Shown: positions 28,218 through 38,145, counted from the first letter of the stretch. The stretch is DNA of 64,000 bases from an uncultured Anaerolineales bacterium (GCA_964608265.1 CAZSNP010000011.1:15488-79487); one strand, 5' to 3'. Numbers and translations: made by a program. The notes: generated from the sequence alone by a model not told the origin.

Positions 28218-28314
28218 CCAGTAGACAGACAACAGTAGCCAATAACCAGTTTGAAGTGAAAGTCCGTTCTGAGGGCCAACCGTTTGCCGTTGACTGCCCT
28301 ATATTCACAAAACT

Positions 28315-28569
28315 ATGCCGCGTCAAATCCTGAACGAACCGACCGAAGTCGAGGCGCGATTTAGCCCGGATGGCGCGGTGCGCGTGCTGGCCTTCCGCTG
28401 GAAAAACCGCCGCTGGCCGGTGGTGAGCCAGGGCCGCCAATCTACCAAGGACGGGCGGCTGCACACCCTGGTGATGACGACGCGCGACCGCGTGTACGAG
28501 CTGGCCTACGACCCCGCCACGCAGCAATGGTCGGTGGTCATGGCGTCGGAAGACCGCCTGGTGGGGTAG
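28315..28569 (+). CDS. Hypothetical small protein (84 aa)
   Basis: ORF with plausible composition directly upstream of mtaD (10-nt gap). No family recognised. Confidence 0.4.
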   Translation: MPRQILNEPTEVEARFSPDGAVRVLAFRWKNRRWPVVSQGRQSTKDGRLHTLVMTTRDRVYELAYDPATQQWSVVMASEDRLVG

Positions 28570-28578
28570 AGGCCACGA

Positions 28579-29916
28579 ATGAACACGCATCGCCTGTTGA
28601 TCAAAAACGTTGACGCCGTCACCCTCGACGCGGCGGGCACGGTGCGGCTCGCAAGCAATATCGGCGTTGAGGGCAAACACATCGCCTTCGTCGGCGACGT
28701 GCCGCCGGGCTGGCAAGCCGAAGAAATCATTGATGGGTATAACCATGTGGCGGTGCCCGGCTTCTTCAACGCGCACTGTCACGCGGCCATGACGTTCGAG
28801 CGCGGCTGGGCCGAAGACCTGCCGCTCGACCGCTGGTTCAACGAACGCATCTGGGTCGCCGAGTCGGCGCTGACCGGCGACGATGTGTATTGGGGCGCGG
28901 CGCTGGCCGCGTGCGAGATGATCCGTTCAGGCTGCGTGGGTTTCAACGACCATTACTTCTACATGGATCGCGTGGCCGAGGTCGTCGAGCAATCGGGCAT
29001 GAAGGCGACGCTGACGTGGTGCCAGTTCGGCATCGGGGCGGAGAAAGAAGTGGGCGCGACGCTGGGCGACACGCTGGCCTTTGTGGACCGCTGGCAGGGG
29101 CAGGCCGGTGGCCGGCTGCGCGCGGTGCTCGGCCCGCACTCCCCCTACGTCTGCCCGCCCGCCTTCCTCCGCGAGGTCAGCGCGCTGGCCCGCGAGCATC
29201 ACCTCCCGCTGCACATCCACCTGGCCGAGTCACCGGAGCAAATGGCGAACTCTCTCGCGCAGCACGGGCGCACGCCGACGGCCCACCTCGAAGCGTGCGG
29301 GGTCTTCGACGTGCCGTGCGTGGCCGCGCACGCGCTCTACCTCACCGATGACGACATCGCTATACTGGCGCGGCGCGGGGTGAGCGTCGCGCACTGCCCG
29401 ATCACGTACATGAAGATGGGGATGGGCCTCGGGGTGGACAGCCTCGCGCGGGTGATGGGGGCGGGCGTCAACGTCGCGCTCGGCACCGATGGCCCCGGCT
29501 CGAACAGCGACATGGACATGAAGGCCGTCATCCGTTTTGCTCCGCTGCTGGCGAAGTATCACACCCGCGACGCGGAGACGTTGCCGGGGGATGTGCCGCT
29601 GCGGATGGCGACGGCCAACGGCGCGCGGGCGATGGGCTTTGCGGAGTCGGGCTCGCTCGAGGCGGGCCGCGCCGCCGACATCGCGCTGTTCGATTTCGAC
29701 CAGCCGCACCTCTACCCGCGCCACAACCTGGTCGCCAACCTCGTGCACGCGGCGCGCGGCGGCGATGTCACACACATGATTGTGGATGGCCGGCTAATCT
29801 ACCGCGACCGCGAGTTGGTGATGCTGGATGAGGAGAAGATCAAAGCCGAGGCCGAGCGGCACGCCAAACGCATGGTCAACCAGAACATGCGCAGCGTGCG
29901 CGAGTACAATGTCTGA
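28579..29916 (+). CDS. mtaD: 5-methylthioadenosine/S-adenosylhomocysteine deaminase-like amidohydrolase
   Basis: LLIKNVDAVTLD, PGFFNAHCHAAMT, HIHLAES and GTDGPGSNSDMDM (amidohydrolase metal ligands). Confidence 0.85.
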   Translation: MNTHRLLIKNVDAVTLDAAGTVRLASNIGVEGKHIAFVGDVPPGWQAEEIIDGYNHVAVPGFFNAHCHAAMTFERGWAEDLPLDRWFNERIWVAESALTGDDVYWGAALAACEMIRSGCVGFNDHYFYMDRVAEVVEQSGMKATLTWCQFGIGAEKEVGATLGDTLAFVDRWQGQAGGRLRAVLGPHSPYVCPPAFLREVSALAREHHLPLHIHLAESPEQMANSLAQHGRTPTAHLEACGVFDVPCVAAHALYLTDDDIAILARRGVSVAHCPITYMKMGMGLGVDSLARVMGAGVNVALGTDGPGSNSDMDMKAVIRFAPLLAKYHTRDAETLPGDVPLRMATANGARAMGFAESGSLEAGRAADIALFDFDQPHLYPRHNLVANLVHAARGGDVTHMIVDGRLIYRDRELVMLDEEKIKAEAERHAKRMVNQNMRSVREYNV

Positions 29917-30065
29917 GCCGAGAATGGTGCCGTGTGGCGTTGGCGTTTGGGAGTACGATACGTTGGTGGTGTTGGGGCGGTGGGTGAATAGCATAGAGGA
30001 ACGTAAGTGATACATGCAAACAGGCCGGCTATATGCCGTCTTGCAGTTGTCCGATCCGAGAGAGG

Positions 30066-31118
30066 CTATCGAACCCGTTTCAGTGATGAAGCGACAACTT
30101 CAAAGGCCTTCTGATTGGGCGCGAAAATCGTGACATACGTGCCGTCGAGTAAAGCGCTGCCGCGGAAAGGCCCAAACATAGTCGTAGTCTCCCACTTTGT
30201 TCCGTTGATTTGAATCACATTCGACTCGACCAAAGAGGGAATTTGATCGGTCCGCGTCTGATTCAGAACAACCGAGTCGGGGGGCAACCCAGAGATGACT
30301 TGCACTTCGCTAGCATCACCACGATAGATCATGTAATAACCATCGCTCGCCAACCCATCGCTTGATGAAAAACGCCTAAATTCCGCAATCAATTCACCGA
30401 CGCTCGCTGTGGTCTCATACACCGCATACTCCAGAGCCGGATCGATCCTGTTTGCTGCAAAATACTCCTCTCGATTGACATCAGTAGGTAAGTCTATCTG
30501 AAAGGCATCCTTCGGTACCTGCGAGCGAGGAATATACTCCAATACTGAATATTTAGTCTCGACAATTTGTGCTGATTGACCGGGTTGCGCGGCTTCCTCA
30601 CGCAGTGCCAAGCCTGTTTCACTGTCCAAATAAGCACTTATCGTAGTATCGTCCATAGGCATCTGGACAACTGTGGCCGGTTGTCCATTGATGTGTTCAG
30701 AGGCTACAGTTCGCGCCAAGCCACGTTCGGTCGCAGTCCGGTAAGACAGCACTTGCTCACGGATATAGGTGGACTGGGCCACATCATGACGGATAACAGC
30801 GAAGTTGGCGTCAATCGTATAACTAACATAGGTATCTCCTAATTGCGACGTAATGTGCCGCACTTTGCCATCAGCTGAGGAAACGACAACTTTGCCCTCG
30901 TTGCTAGCCAGGTCCAACCAAACCTCCAACAATTCCGTAGCCCTATTGCCGGTCTTCTCAGCCTGAAAGTGTAGCACTTGATCGTTTGGCAGAGCGCCAA
31001 AGGGGGAATTGGCTCGGCTCACCTGGATTCCGAGCCATATCACTACACCTAAAAGCAATGTGCCCAGAGCGATACTTCGAAGAAGGTGCCTTTTGAAGAA
31101 CATGGGTGCCCTAAACAT
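30066..31118 (-). CDS. Hypothetical membrane-anchored extracytoplasmic protein
   Basis: N-terminal anchor LLRSIALGTLLLGVVIWLGIQV. No family recognised with confidence; the C-terminus is vaguely DUF4367/LolA-like. Lower-GC codon usage. Confidence 0.55.
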   Translation of the reverse strand: MFRAPMFFKRHLLRSIALGTLLLGVVIWLGIQVSRANSPFGALPNDQVLHFQAEKTGNRATELLEVWLDLASNEGKVVVSSADGKVRHITSQLGDTYVSYTIDANFAVIRHDVAQSTYIREQVLSYRTATERGLARTVASEHINGQPATVVQMPMDDTTISAYLDSETGLALREEAAQPGQSAQIVETKYSVLEYIPRSQVPKDAFQIDLPTDVNREEYFAANRIDPALEYAVYETTASVGELIAEFRRFSSSDGLASDGYYMIYRGDASEVQVISGLPPDSVVLNQTRTDQIPSLVESNVIQINGTKWETTTMFGPFRGSALLDGTYVTIFAPNQKAFEVVASSLKRVR

Positions 31119-31165
31119 ATCAGCCTCCTTGCACGTGAGATGAATTAACTTACTTCACCTGTTCG

Positions 31166-31846
31166 CTACGGAACGTTGATGTACTTGGCCCATCCATCAC
31201 CGGCAATCCACCAGCCATTACACTGTTGAACTGCCGCGTTATTTCCCATCCACTGCCATCCCCATGAGTGAGTGCCACTCATGCCGGATACAATGTGATC
31301 CCGCCCCCCATTAAACGTGTCCGCGATGTGTGTACACCAAGTCCATAAGTCGCGATGAGCAGGGCCCATTGTGTAAGTGCCCCAGAAAGAACCCCCACTG
31401 TCCATGCTCTGGTTATAGCGCTGGTGCCACCGCTGAGATGCAAATAAATTACCGTCAGCTCGTTGGTCTTGCTGTACCTCCATCACGCCGTGATCCTTAA
31501 ACCATAACGGACCCCCACTGGAATGACTCCAATTAAAATGATAGCTTATCTCCCACAAGACTGTACTTTCCCACGCGTTGTTCATGAAAATGACATTTAC
31601 TGGGTCTTTGATGGCGCAGTTGCCGCCACTACCATTGCACCCGTAAATCCATGGATCGGGGCCAAAGTGTGCATCTGCCGATTTGACTTGAATTGCCAGG
31701 GTGCTTAATAGAAAGGCTGCAATAGTGAGAAGACGAACAACTCTATGCATTGTGAAGGGGTTCATGTTCTTATTGAGCATGTGGCTTTCTCCCGGGCCAT
31801 CAATCTGGTTTGCTATCGTTCGTAAGAACGTGTTGTGGAAACGCAC
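31166..31846 (-). CDS. Hypothetical secreted Trp/His-rich protein (start uncertain)
   Basis: Signal-like VVRLLTIAAFLLSTLAIQVKSADA. The mature part is W-rich (WGWQWMGNN, GWWIAGDGW). DPVNVIF and CTHIADTFNGGRDH are faintly LssY_C-like, which I could not verify. Confidence 0.5.
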   Translation of the reverse strand: MRFHNTFLRTIANQIDGPGESHMLNKNMNPFTMHRVVRLLTIAAFLLSTLAIQVKSADAHFGPDPWIYGCNGSGGNCAIKDPVNVIFMNNAWESTVLWEISYHFNWSHSSGGPLWFKDHGVMEVQQDQRADGNLFASQRWHQRYNQSMDSGGSFWGTYTMGPAHRDLWTWCTHIADTFNGGRDHIVSGMSGTHSWGWQWMGNNAAVQQCNGWWIAGDGWAKYINVP

Positions 31847-31917
31847 TGATGACCGTATTCCAATCTCGTTGCCGATGCAAGAGTCTAAAGCCCCAATTTC
31901 CTCCCAACCTTGCTGCC

Positions 31918-32529
31918 TTAACTGTTATTACGACGACTCGCGAGTCCATGCTCCCATGCCCAACGTGCTACTTGCACGCGGTTGTCCACTCCCAGCTTTT
32001 CCATGATCGTGCTGACATGCCTTTTGACCGTCTTCTCACTGACTACCAATCGTTGCGCGATAGCGGGATTGGTCAGCCCGTCGGCGATCAACAGCAGGAT
32101 TTCACGTTCTCGCGTGGTGAATGACGCCAACGCCCTTGCCATCCAAGTCTCCACCGCATGTTGCAGGGCAGCTTCCAAATTCTCCGAAAGGGCGGTCGCG
32201 CCGCCGTCTCGGGCCAAAAACCGCAGCGCGCCAGCGTGCGTAGCACGCTGGCGCGCTATGTCAGTGGTCGCCGAAGTGACGAGCGCAAGGATCGGCGCCT
32301 GGGGATAAGCGCGCATCAGGTCAGCCCAGCGCTCTCGCTCCATTGCATTGGGCGTCTCCAAATCCACCAACATTAAGGCAGCCTGCGCCGTGAGACAACA
32401 CCGGGCTGCACTCTCCAAAGTCTGGCAGTGCCCGGCCAGTACGTATTCAGTGTGATCGGTCAACCATGCAGTAATTTGATGGGCAAGTGCTTCATCCCCG
32501 CTGATCAATAGGATTGCATGGGTTGGCAT
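31918..32529 (-). CDS. LuxR/NarL-family response regulator
   Basis: Receiver-like N-terminus (ILLISGDE, LMLVDLETPN). C-terminal HTH REREILLLIADGLTNPAIAQRLVVSEKTVKRHVSTIMEKLGV. Confidence 0.8.
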   Translation of the reverse strand: MPTHAILLISGDEALAHQITAWLTDHTEYVLAGHCQTLESAARCCLTAQAALMLVDLETPNAMERERWADLMRAYPQAPILALVTSATTDIARQRATHAGALRFLARDGGATALSENLEAALQHAVETWMARALASFTTREREILLLIADGLTNPAIAQRLVVSEKTVKRHVSTIMEKLGVDNRVQVARWAWEHGLASRRNNS

Positions 32530-32637
32530 AACTCATCGCCATCCTTCTGTCCTTTTGACATGCTCACACTACTACATCAATGAACGCAGTGTCAACGCGG
32601 ATCGGCCCGCGATTTATTGGGCAGATGTAGAACGAGG

Positions 32638-33603
32638 TTACGGGTTGGCGTTCGCGGCAACGGCGAACGACCACGTGACCGGGTTCGGCAGGCCATTGAC
32701 CCGGACGGAGACGGTGTACGTCGCGCCCTGCGTCAGCGGTTGTTTGGGGATGATGACGACGGCGTCGCGCGTCGTCAGGAGCAATCGGCCCAGCGTGGTC
32801 TGGGCGCTGTCGGCGCCAGTGTAATTCGATTCGTTGAAGGCGCAGTGCTCGAGCGGCGAGCTGTTGAGGGTGAGGGTGGTGGGGTTCGAGGGGAAGCTGA
32901 TGGCGTTGCTCCCATCGCCGAACTGCACGAGGATGGGCAGCCCGGCGTTGCCCCCACAACCGGTGTGGGCGAGAGGGTCGGGATAATCCACGGTCGTGGT
33001 GAAGATCGTGCGCAGGTTCACCGTCTGCCCGTTGCCCGGCCACATCACCGGATAGATCACTCCAGCGGGTGCGCCGTTCACCTGCCCGCGCGCCACATCC
33101 AGCACCGTCGCCATCAGGATGCCGCCGTCGGCCTCGCGATAACTTCCTATCCCCGTAGACCGCAACTCCGCATCCAAAATGCTCAGGGCCTGAAACGGCG
33201 TCCGCATCCAGTAATCCACTGCCTGATCGTCCGTCACATTAATATCCTGCGCGCCGAAGAGCAGGCTGTTCGAGGCGGCGGCGTTGCCCTCGGTCGTGAA
33301 CCACGGCGAGCCGGTGTCTTCGTAATTCGTGCCCTGATCGGTCTTGACGATGTAGCGCGCGTGTTTGAACGCGCCGTCGCTCCACTCGGCGCTTTCGGTC
33401 AGGCCGGGGAGTTGGCCGAGGCTGCGATAGTAGTTGACCCGGGCCAGCCGGGTGTTGAAGTCGCGGGCGATCAGCGGCAAGTACACGCTGCTGCCGGATT
33501 GGGCGCGGCTGACCGAGGTGGTCGGCGCGGGAGCGCCGAAGACGAGCCAGGCAAACAAGCTCATGCCCAGCGCGAAGGGGAGATAGCGACGATAGAGTGA
33601 CAT
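32638..33603 (-). CDS. Secreted CAP/SCP (PR-1-like) domain protein
   Basis: ORF 32638-33990, with the start moved to MSLYRRYLPFALGMSLFAWLVFG (signal peptide). RVNYYRSLGQLPGL...HARY...DYWMRTPFQALSILD is CAP-like. The region upstream of 33603 is Arg-rich and looks like noise. Confidence 0.62.
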   Translation of the reverse strand: MSLYRRYLPFALGMSLFAWLVFGAPAPTTSVSRAQSGSSVYLPLIARDFNTRLARVNYYRSLGQLPGLTESAEWSDGAFKHARYIVKTDQGTNYEDTGSPWFTTEGNAAASNSLLFGAQDINVTDDQAVDYWMRTPFQALSILDAELRSTGIGSYREADGGILMATVLDVARGQVNGAPAGVIYPVMWPGNGQTVNLRTIFTTTVDYPDPLAHTGCGGNAGLPILVQFGDGSNAISFPSNPTTLTLNSSPLEHCAFNESNYTGADSAQTTLGRLLLTTRDAVVIIPKQPLTQGATYTVSVRVNGLPNPVTWSFAVAANANP

Positions 33604-33707
33604 CAATGCTGGCGTTTCAAGAATCGTGCCAGCATTATAAAACGTTGGCGGGTTGAAGGCTCCCGTGTCTGAGCCTTCAGCCCGCCAACGCGAAACCCGC
33701 AACCGAA

Positions 33708-34826
33708 CTATCCTGAGCGGGGCCGTTCGGCCAGCGTGACCTCGACGGTCAGCGTCTCGTTCCCGCGCTGCACCTTCACCGGGATGGTCTCGCCGGGTTT
33801 GAACGACATGAGCACGTTGATGAAGCGGTGGTCGGCGTCGAGCGCGATGTCGCCCATCTGGGTGATGATGTCGCCGGGCTGCAAGCCGGCCTGGGCTGCC
33901 GGGCTGCCGCTGCCGACGCTTTGCAGGTAAATCCCCCATTCCACCGGCAGCGTGTTGTAACGCGCCAGCTGCGGCGTGATCGCCGTCCACTCCACGCCGA
34001 GGTACGGGCGGGCGACGAAGCCGTTGGCGATGATTTGATCACTGAGGGCCTTGACGGTGTTCGAGGCGATGGCGAAACCGAGGCCCTCCGCCTGATTGCC
34101 GCTGAGGCCGCCGCCGCGCACCACCAGGGTGTTGATGCCGATGACCTGCCCGGCCAGGTTGACGAGCGGGCCGCCGGAGTTGCCGTTATTGATGGCCGCA
34201 TCCGTCTGCAACAAATCCTCCATGCGATAGCCCGAGTCGGTCTCGATGGAGCGCCCGGTGGCGCTGATGACGCCGGCGGTGACGGTGTTGCGGAAGTCGC
34301 CCAGCGGCGAGCCGATGGCGATGACGGTCTCGCCCGGTTGCAGCGCGTCGCTGTCGCCGAGCGCCGCCCAGCCGGGCACCTCGCCTTCCACCTTGAGCAC
34401 GGCCACATCGGTGAACGGGGCGTCGGCGCCGATGAGCCTGGCCTCGACCGTTTGCCCATCGCGGAAGATAACGCGATAACGCCGCCCGCCCTCGACCACG
34501 TGGTTGTTGGTGATGATGTACCCATCCGCCGAGATGATGACGCCGGAGCCGGAGCCCAGGCCAACGTTCTCAACCGTCACGACCGCCGGCCCGACCCTGG
34601 CCACGGCCTCCTGCACTGCGCTGTTGATGTCCACGGTCAGCGATTGGGGCGCGGCCTGGGTGACCGGCTGGGCCACCGCTTGGGCGACGGGCGCGGGCGG
34701 GGCCGCGTTGAGCCGGTCTTGCACCGCCCAATACACCGCGCCGCCGCCGGCCACCGCGCCGACGACGCCCGCCGCCCCGACCGCCACAATGAGTCCACCA
34801 ATCAGAACGATGCGACGAAAAGTCAT
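33708..34826 (-). CDS. HtrA/DegP-type serine protease with PDZ domain
   Basis: Catalytic triad contexts TNNHVV, DVAVLKV and GNSGGPLVN. C-terminal PDZ (GLQPGDIITQMGD). AGGAGA SD lies upstream of ATG 34826. Confidence 0.87.
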   Translation of the reverse strand: MTFRRIVLIGGLIVAVGAAGVVGAVAGGGAVYWAVQDRLNAAPPAPVAQAVAQPVTQAAPQSLTVDINSAVQEAVARVGPAVVTVENVGLGSGSGVIISADGYIITNNHVVEGGRRYRVIFRDGQTVEARLIGADAPFTDVAVLKVEGEVPGWAALGDSDALQPGETVIAIGSPLGDFRNTVTAGVISATGRSIETDSGYRMEDLLQTDAAINNGNSGGPLVNLAGQVIGINTLVVRGGGLSGNQAEGLGFAIASNTVKALSDQIIANGFVARPYLGVEWTAITPQLARYNTLPVEWGIYLQSVGSGSPAAQAGLQPGDIITQMGDIALDADHRFINVLMSFKPGETIPVKVQRGNETLTVEVTLAERPRSG

Positions 34827-34974
34827 GGACGAGTCTCCTGTCATTGCAATCCCTCAGGGTTTCGAACAGCCCGTATTTTGCCCCCGCAGCTTAATCCGGC
34901 CTGAGGCGTGATTTGGCATTGGATAAGAACCCGACTTGCAGGGCATGTGCAATGTCCAAACTATGCCGACATTT

Positions 34975-35150
34975 CGCCCTCACCCGCGACAGCTTCGGCG
35001 CGTTGCACCGAAGCTGTCGCCGCCCTCTCCCGCTGGGAGAGGGAGTGGATCGCACCAGTGGACCGCCACTCCCAATTGTCAGGGCCGGCTCCCCTTCTCC
35101 CAGCGGGAGAGTCGCTGCGCTTACGGGGCCGGGGGATGAGGGCGGACTCG
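34975..35150. repeat. MITE/REP-like element, copy 2 (composite)
   Basis: Left end GCCCTCACCCGC, right end GGGGGATGAGGGCGG. It contains a perfect 11-bp hairpin gacagcttcgg/9 nt/ccgaagctgtc (34988-35018). It also has a perfect ccctctccc/gct/gggagaggg (35023-35043) and a degenerate third hairpin. Confidence 0.75.
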
Positions 35151-35252
35151 GCGACTTTGCACATGCCCTGACCCGACTTGTACGCGTGCTTCTCACCCGC
35201 GCAATTCACTGTAGAATTGGGGCACAATCGCCCGCCCTCAGAGGAGATGGCT

Positions 35253-36965
35253 ATGACCCAGCAACCGTGGCTCGCGCACTACGACGCAGGTGTTCCCCAA
35301 TCTGTTGGCAGTATCCCCAACAAGCCGTTGTATTCCATCCTCGAAGCCACCGCCGCGAAGTATCCGGCCAAGCCGTGCACGATCTTCAAAGGCCGCTCGG
35401 TCACCTTTCAGGAGATGAATGAACTGACCGACCGGTTCGCCGCCGGGCTGGCGAGCATGGGCATCAAGAAAGGCGACCGTGTCGGGCTGTTCATCCCCAA
35501 CACGCCGCAATTCGTCATCGCCTTCTTCGGCATCCTCAAGGCGGGCGGCATCGTCGTCGCCACCAATCCGCTCTACACCCCGCGGGAGATGGAGCATCAG
35601 TTCAACGACTCGGGCATCGAGACGATGGTGGTGATGAGCAATTTCTACGGGCGGGTGAAGGAAGTGCAGCCCAAGACCAGGCTCAAGCGGCTGATCGTCA
35701 CCAACATCAAAGAGCAACTGCCGCCGGTACTGGCGCTGCTGTTCACGCTGGCCAAGGAAAAGAAGGACGGCCACCGCGTGGAGCTGGGGGCCGGCGATGT
35801 GTGGATGAAGGATCTGCTCGCCCGGCACACCCCGGCGCAGCGTCCCAGGCTGGAGATCGCCGGCGACGACATCGCGCTGTTTCAATACTCCGGCGGCACC
35901 ACCGGCCTGTCGAAGGCCGCCATCGCCGCGCACAGCAACATCCTGGCGAACATGCTGCAGATCGGCGCGTGGCTACACGCCTTCCGCGAGGGCGGCGAAC
36001 GCACGCTCATGGCCATCCCGCTCTATCACGTCTACGGCATGATCGGCGGCATGGCGCTCAGCATCCACAAAGGCGCGGTGCAGATCATGGTGCCGAACCC
36101 GCGCGACCTCAAAGACGTGCTCGAGAACATCGACAAGTATCAGCCCACGTATTTCCCGGCGGTGCCGGCGCTGTACAACGCGCTCAATAATCATGCCGAT
36201 GTCAAGGCCGGCAAGTATGCGCTCGGCTCCATCCGCTATTGCGTCTCCGGTTCGGCCCCATTGCTGCTCGAGACCAAGCAGACGTTCGAGAAGCTGACCG
36301 GCGGGCGCGTGTTCGAGGCCTACGGCTTGTCGGAAGCGCCGACCTGCACGCACGGCAACCCGCTGACCGGCGTGCAGAAGGAAGGCTCGATCGGGATGCC
36401 GATGCCGGATACCGAGTGCCAGATCATCTCGCTCGAAGACGGCGTAACCGCGATGCCGACGGGGCAGGACGGCGAGCTGATCATCCGCGGGCCGCAGGTC
36501 TTCAGGGGTTACTGGAACATGCCGACCGAGACGCAGAACACGTTGCGCGAACTGAACGACGGCGGCGGGCCGTGGCTGTTCACCGGCGACATCGCCCGGA
36601 TGGATGAGGACGGCTACTTCTATATCGTCGATCGCAAGAAAGAACTGATCAAGCCGGGCGGCTTTCAGGTGTGGCCGCGCGAGGTCGAGGAAGTCATCAT
36701 CCAGCACCCGAAGGTGAAAGAGGTGGGGGTGGCCGGCGTGCCGGATGCGAGCAGCGGCGAGGCGGTGAAGGCGTGGGTGGTGCTGAAGGACGGCGAGACC
36801 CTCACCGAGGCCGAGTTGCGCGAGTTCTGCAAGCAGCAACTGGCGGGCTACAAAGTTCCCAAGCACGTCGAGTTTCGCGGTGAACTGCCGCGCACGCCCG
36901 GCGTCGGCAAGCTGTTGCGCCGCGAGCTGGTACGCGAACACAAGGAGAAGATGGCGGCCAGGTAG
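35253..36965 (+). CDS. fadD: Long-chain fatty acid-CoA ligase
   Basis: Start at ATG 35253, 6 nt after GAGGAG. AMP-binding motif LFQYSGGTTGLSKAA. Also GYGLSE-like YGLSEA, TGDIARMDEDGYFYIVDRKKELIK, and C-terminal VGKLLRRELV. Confidence 0.87.
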   Translation: MTQQPWLAHYDAGVPQSVGSIPNKPLYSILEATAAKYPAKPCTIFKGRSVTFQEMNELTDRFAAGLASMGIKKGDRVGLFIPNTPQFVIAFFGILKAGGIVVATNPLYTPREMEHQFNDSGIETMVVMSNFYGRVKEVQPKTRLKRLIVTNIKEQLPPVLALLFTLAKEKKDGHRVELGAGDVWMKDLLARHTPAQRPRLEIAGDDIALFQYSGGTTGLSKAAIAAHSNILANMLQIGAWLHAFREGGERTLMAIPLYHVYGMIGGMALSIHKGAVQIMVPNPRDLKDVLENIDKYQPTYFPAVPALYNALNNHADVKAGKYALGSIRYCVSGSAPLLLETKQTFEKLTGGRVFEAYGLSEAPTCTHGNPLTGVQKEGSIGMPMPDTECQIISLEDGVTAMPTGQDGELIIRGPQVFRGYWNMPTETQNTLRELNDGGGPWLFTGDIARMDEDGYFYIVDRKKELIKPGGFQVWPREVEEVIIQHPKVKEVGVAGVPDASSGEAVKAWVVLKDGETLTEAELREFCKQQLAGYKVPKHVEFRGELPRTPGVGKLLRRELVREHKEKMAAR

Positions 36966-36988
36966 CCGAGGGCGGATGGCAAATTGAA

Positions 36989-37025
36989 AACGCCCGTTGC
37001 GAAATGCAGCGGGCGTTCTGTTTTC
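36989..37025 (+). terminator. Rho-independent terminator after fadD
   Basis: aacgcccg / 13 nt / cgggcgtt stem followed by CTGTTTT. Confidence 0.55.
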
Positions 37026-37055
37026 GGGTGACGGCGTCAACTCGAAACCGGGGAA

Positions 37056-37438
37056 TTACTCAAGCGGCGCCAGCTCCGTCGTCGTCGCCCGCGACTTGGC
37101 GCGCCCGAGGTCTTTGGCATACTGCACCGAGCCGGGCGTGGTGTACTTCGCGCGATACGCGCGGCTCACCGCATCCTTCAGCCGTTCGCTGCGGGTGCGC
37201 ACCGCCCGCACCCGAATCTGCCGCTCACCGACCTGGATCGCACCGACCGGCTCCTCGAGAAAGGCCCGATACCAACTGCGCGGCTTGAGGCTCCACGAAC
37301 GCACGAAGACCCGGTTCTCCACCACCACCGCCCAGATGCCGATGAAGCGGTGCGGCCCGTGCCCGCGCGCAGACCGATGAGGTGGCTGGCGCGGATGGCC
37401 TCGAGGATGGCGGCGGGGAAGCGGGCGGGCGATTTCAT
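37056..37438 (-). pseudogene. DUF2255 family gene with an apparent 1-nt frameshift near 37355
   Basis: The frame from ATG 37438 gives MKSPARFPAAILEAIRASHLIGLRAGTG and then noise. The conserved body PHRFIGIWAVVVENRVFVRSWS...RAYRAKY...TTELAPL is in the neighbouring frame. ATG 37438 overlaps the upstream HAD stop (ATGA), which supports it as the true start. Confidence 0.55.
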
Positions 37439-38145
37439 GCACCGTTCTCCAATCGCGCCAGCAACTCCGGCAGCAGGCCGATGTGTGCGATTTCGTGGAA
37501 GCCCGGCTGGTCGCGGGCCGGCAGTTCGGCGGCCTCGTGCGCCCAGGTAAGCGGGTAGGGGATGTAGACCGCCGTTGCCCCCAGCGCCAGCACCGGCAGG
37601 ATGTCGGAGCGCAGCGAGTTGCCGATCATCATAAACCGCTCGGCGGCGAGGCCGTGCCTCCCCAACAGCGCGGCGTAGCTGTCGCGGCTCTTGTCGCTGA
37701 CGATCTCGACGCGCTGAAAGTGCGCGGCCACTCCGGAGCGCGCGATCTTCTGTTCTTGATCGCGCAGGTCACCCTTGGTGATGATCATCAGCGGATAGCG
37801 GTCGGCGAGAGCGGGCAGGGTGGCCGCGACATGGTCGAGTAATTCCACATCCGCACTCAACATGTCTTTCGCCATCGTGATAATCGCTTGGATGTCGGCC
37901 CCGGAGATGCGGCCCTCGGTCAGTTCGAGGGCGGTCTCGATCATCGAGAGCGCGAAGGCCTTGATGCCATAGCCAAAGTGCCCGAGGTTGCGCATCTCGG
38001 TTTCGTACAGCCGGGCCTCGACCCACTCGCGGTCGTGATAGTGGCTGAGCAATTGCCTGAACCGTTCCTGCGCGCCGACGTACAGCCGCTCGGTGTGCCA
38101 GAGCGTGTCGTCAGCGTCGAAGGCGAGGATGTCGAAGCGGGGCAT
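37435..38145 (-). CDS. HAD-superfamily hydrolase
   Basis: Start at MPRFDILAFDADDTLW (DxDxT motif) with GGAGA upstream. Later motifs MIITKGD and MIGNSLRSD. Confidence 0.75.
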   Translation of the reverse strand: MPRFDILAFDADDTLWHTERLYVGAQERFRQLLSHYHDREWVEARLYETEMRNLGHFGYGIKAFALSMIETALELTEGRISGADIQAIITMAKDMLSADVELLDHVAATLPALADRYPLMIITKGDLRDQEQKIARSGVAAHFQRVEIVSDKSRDSYAALLGRHGLAAERFMMIGNSLRSDILPVLALGATAVYIPYPLTWAHEAAELPARDQPGFHEIAHIGLLPELLARLENGA

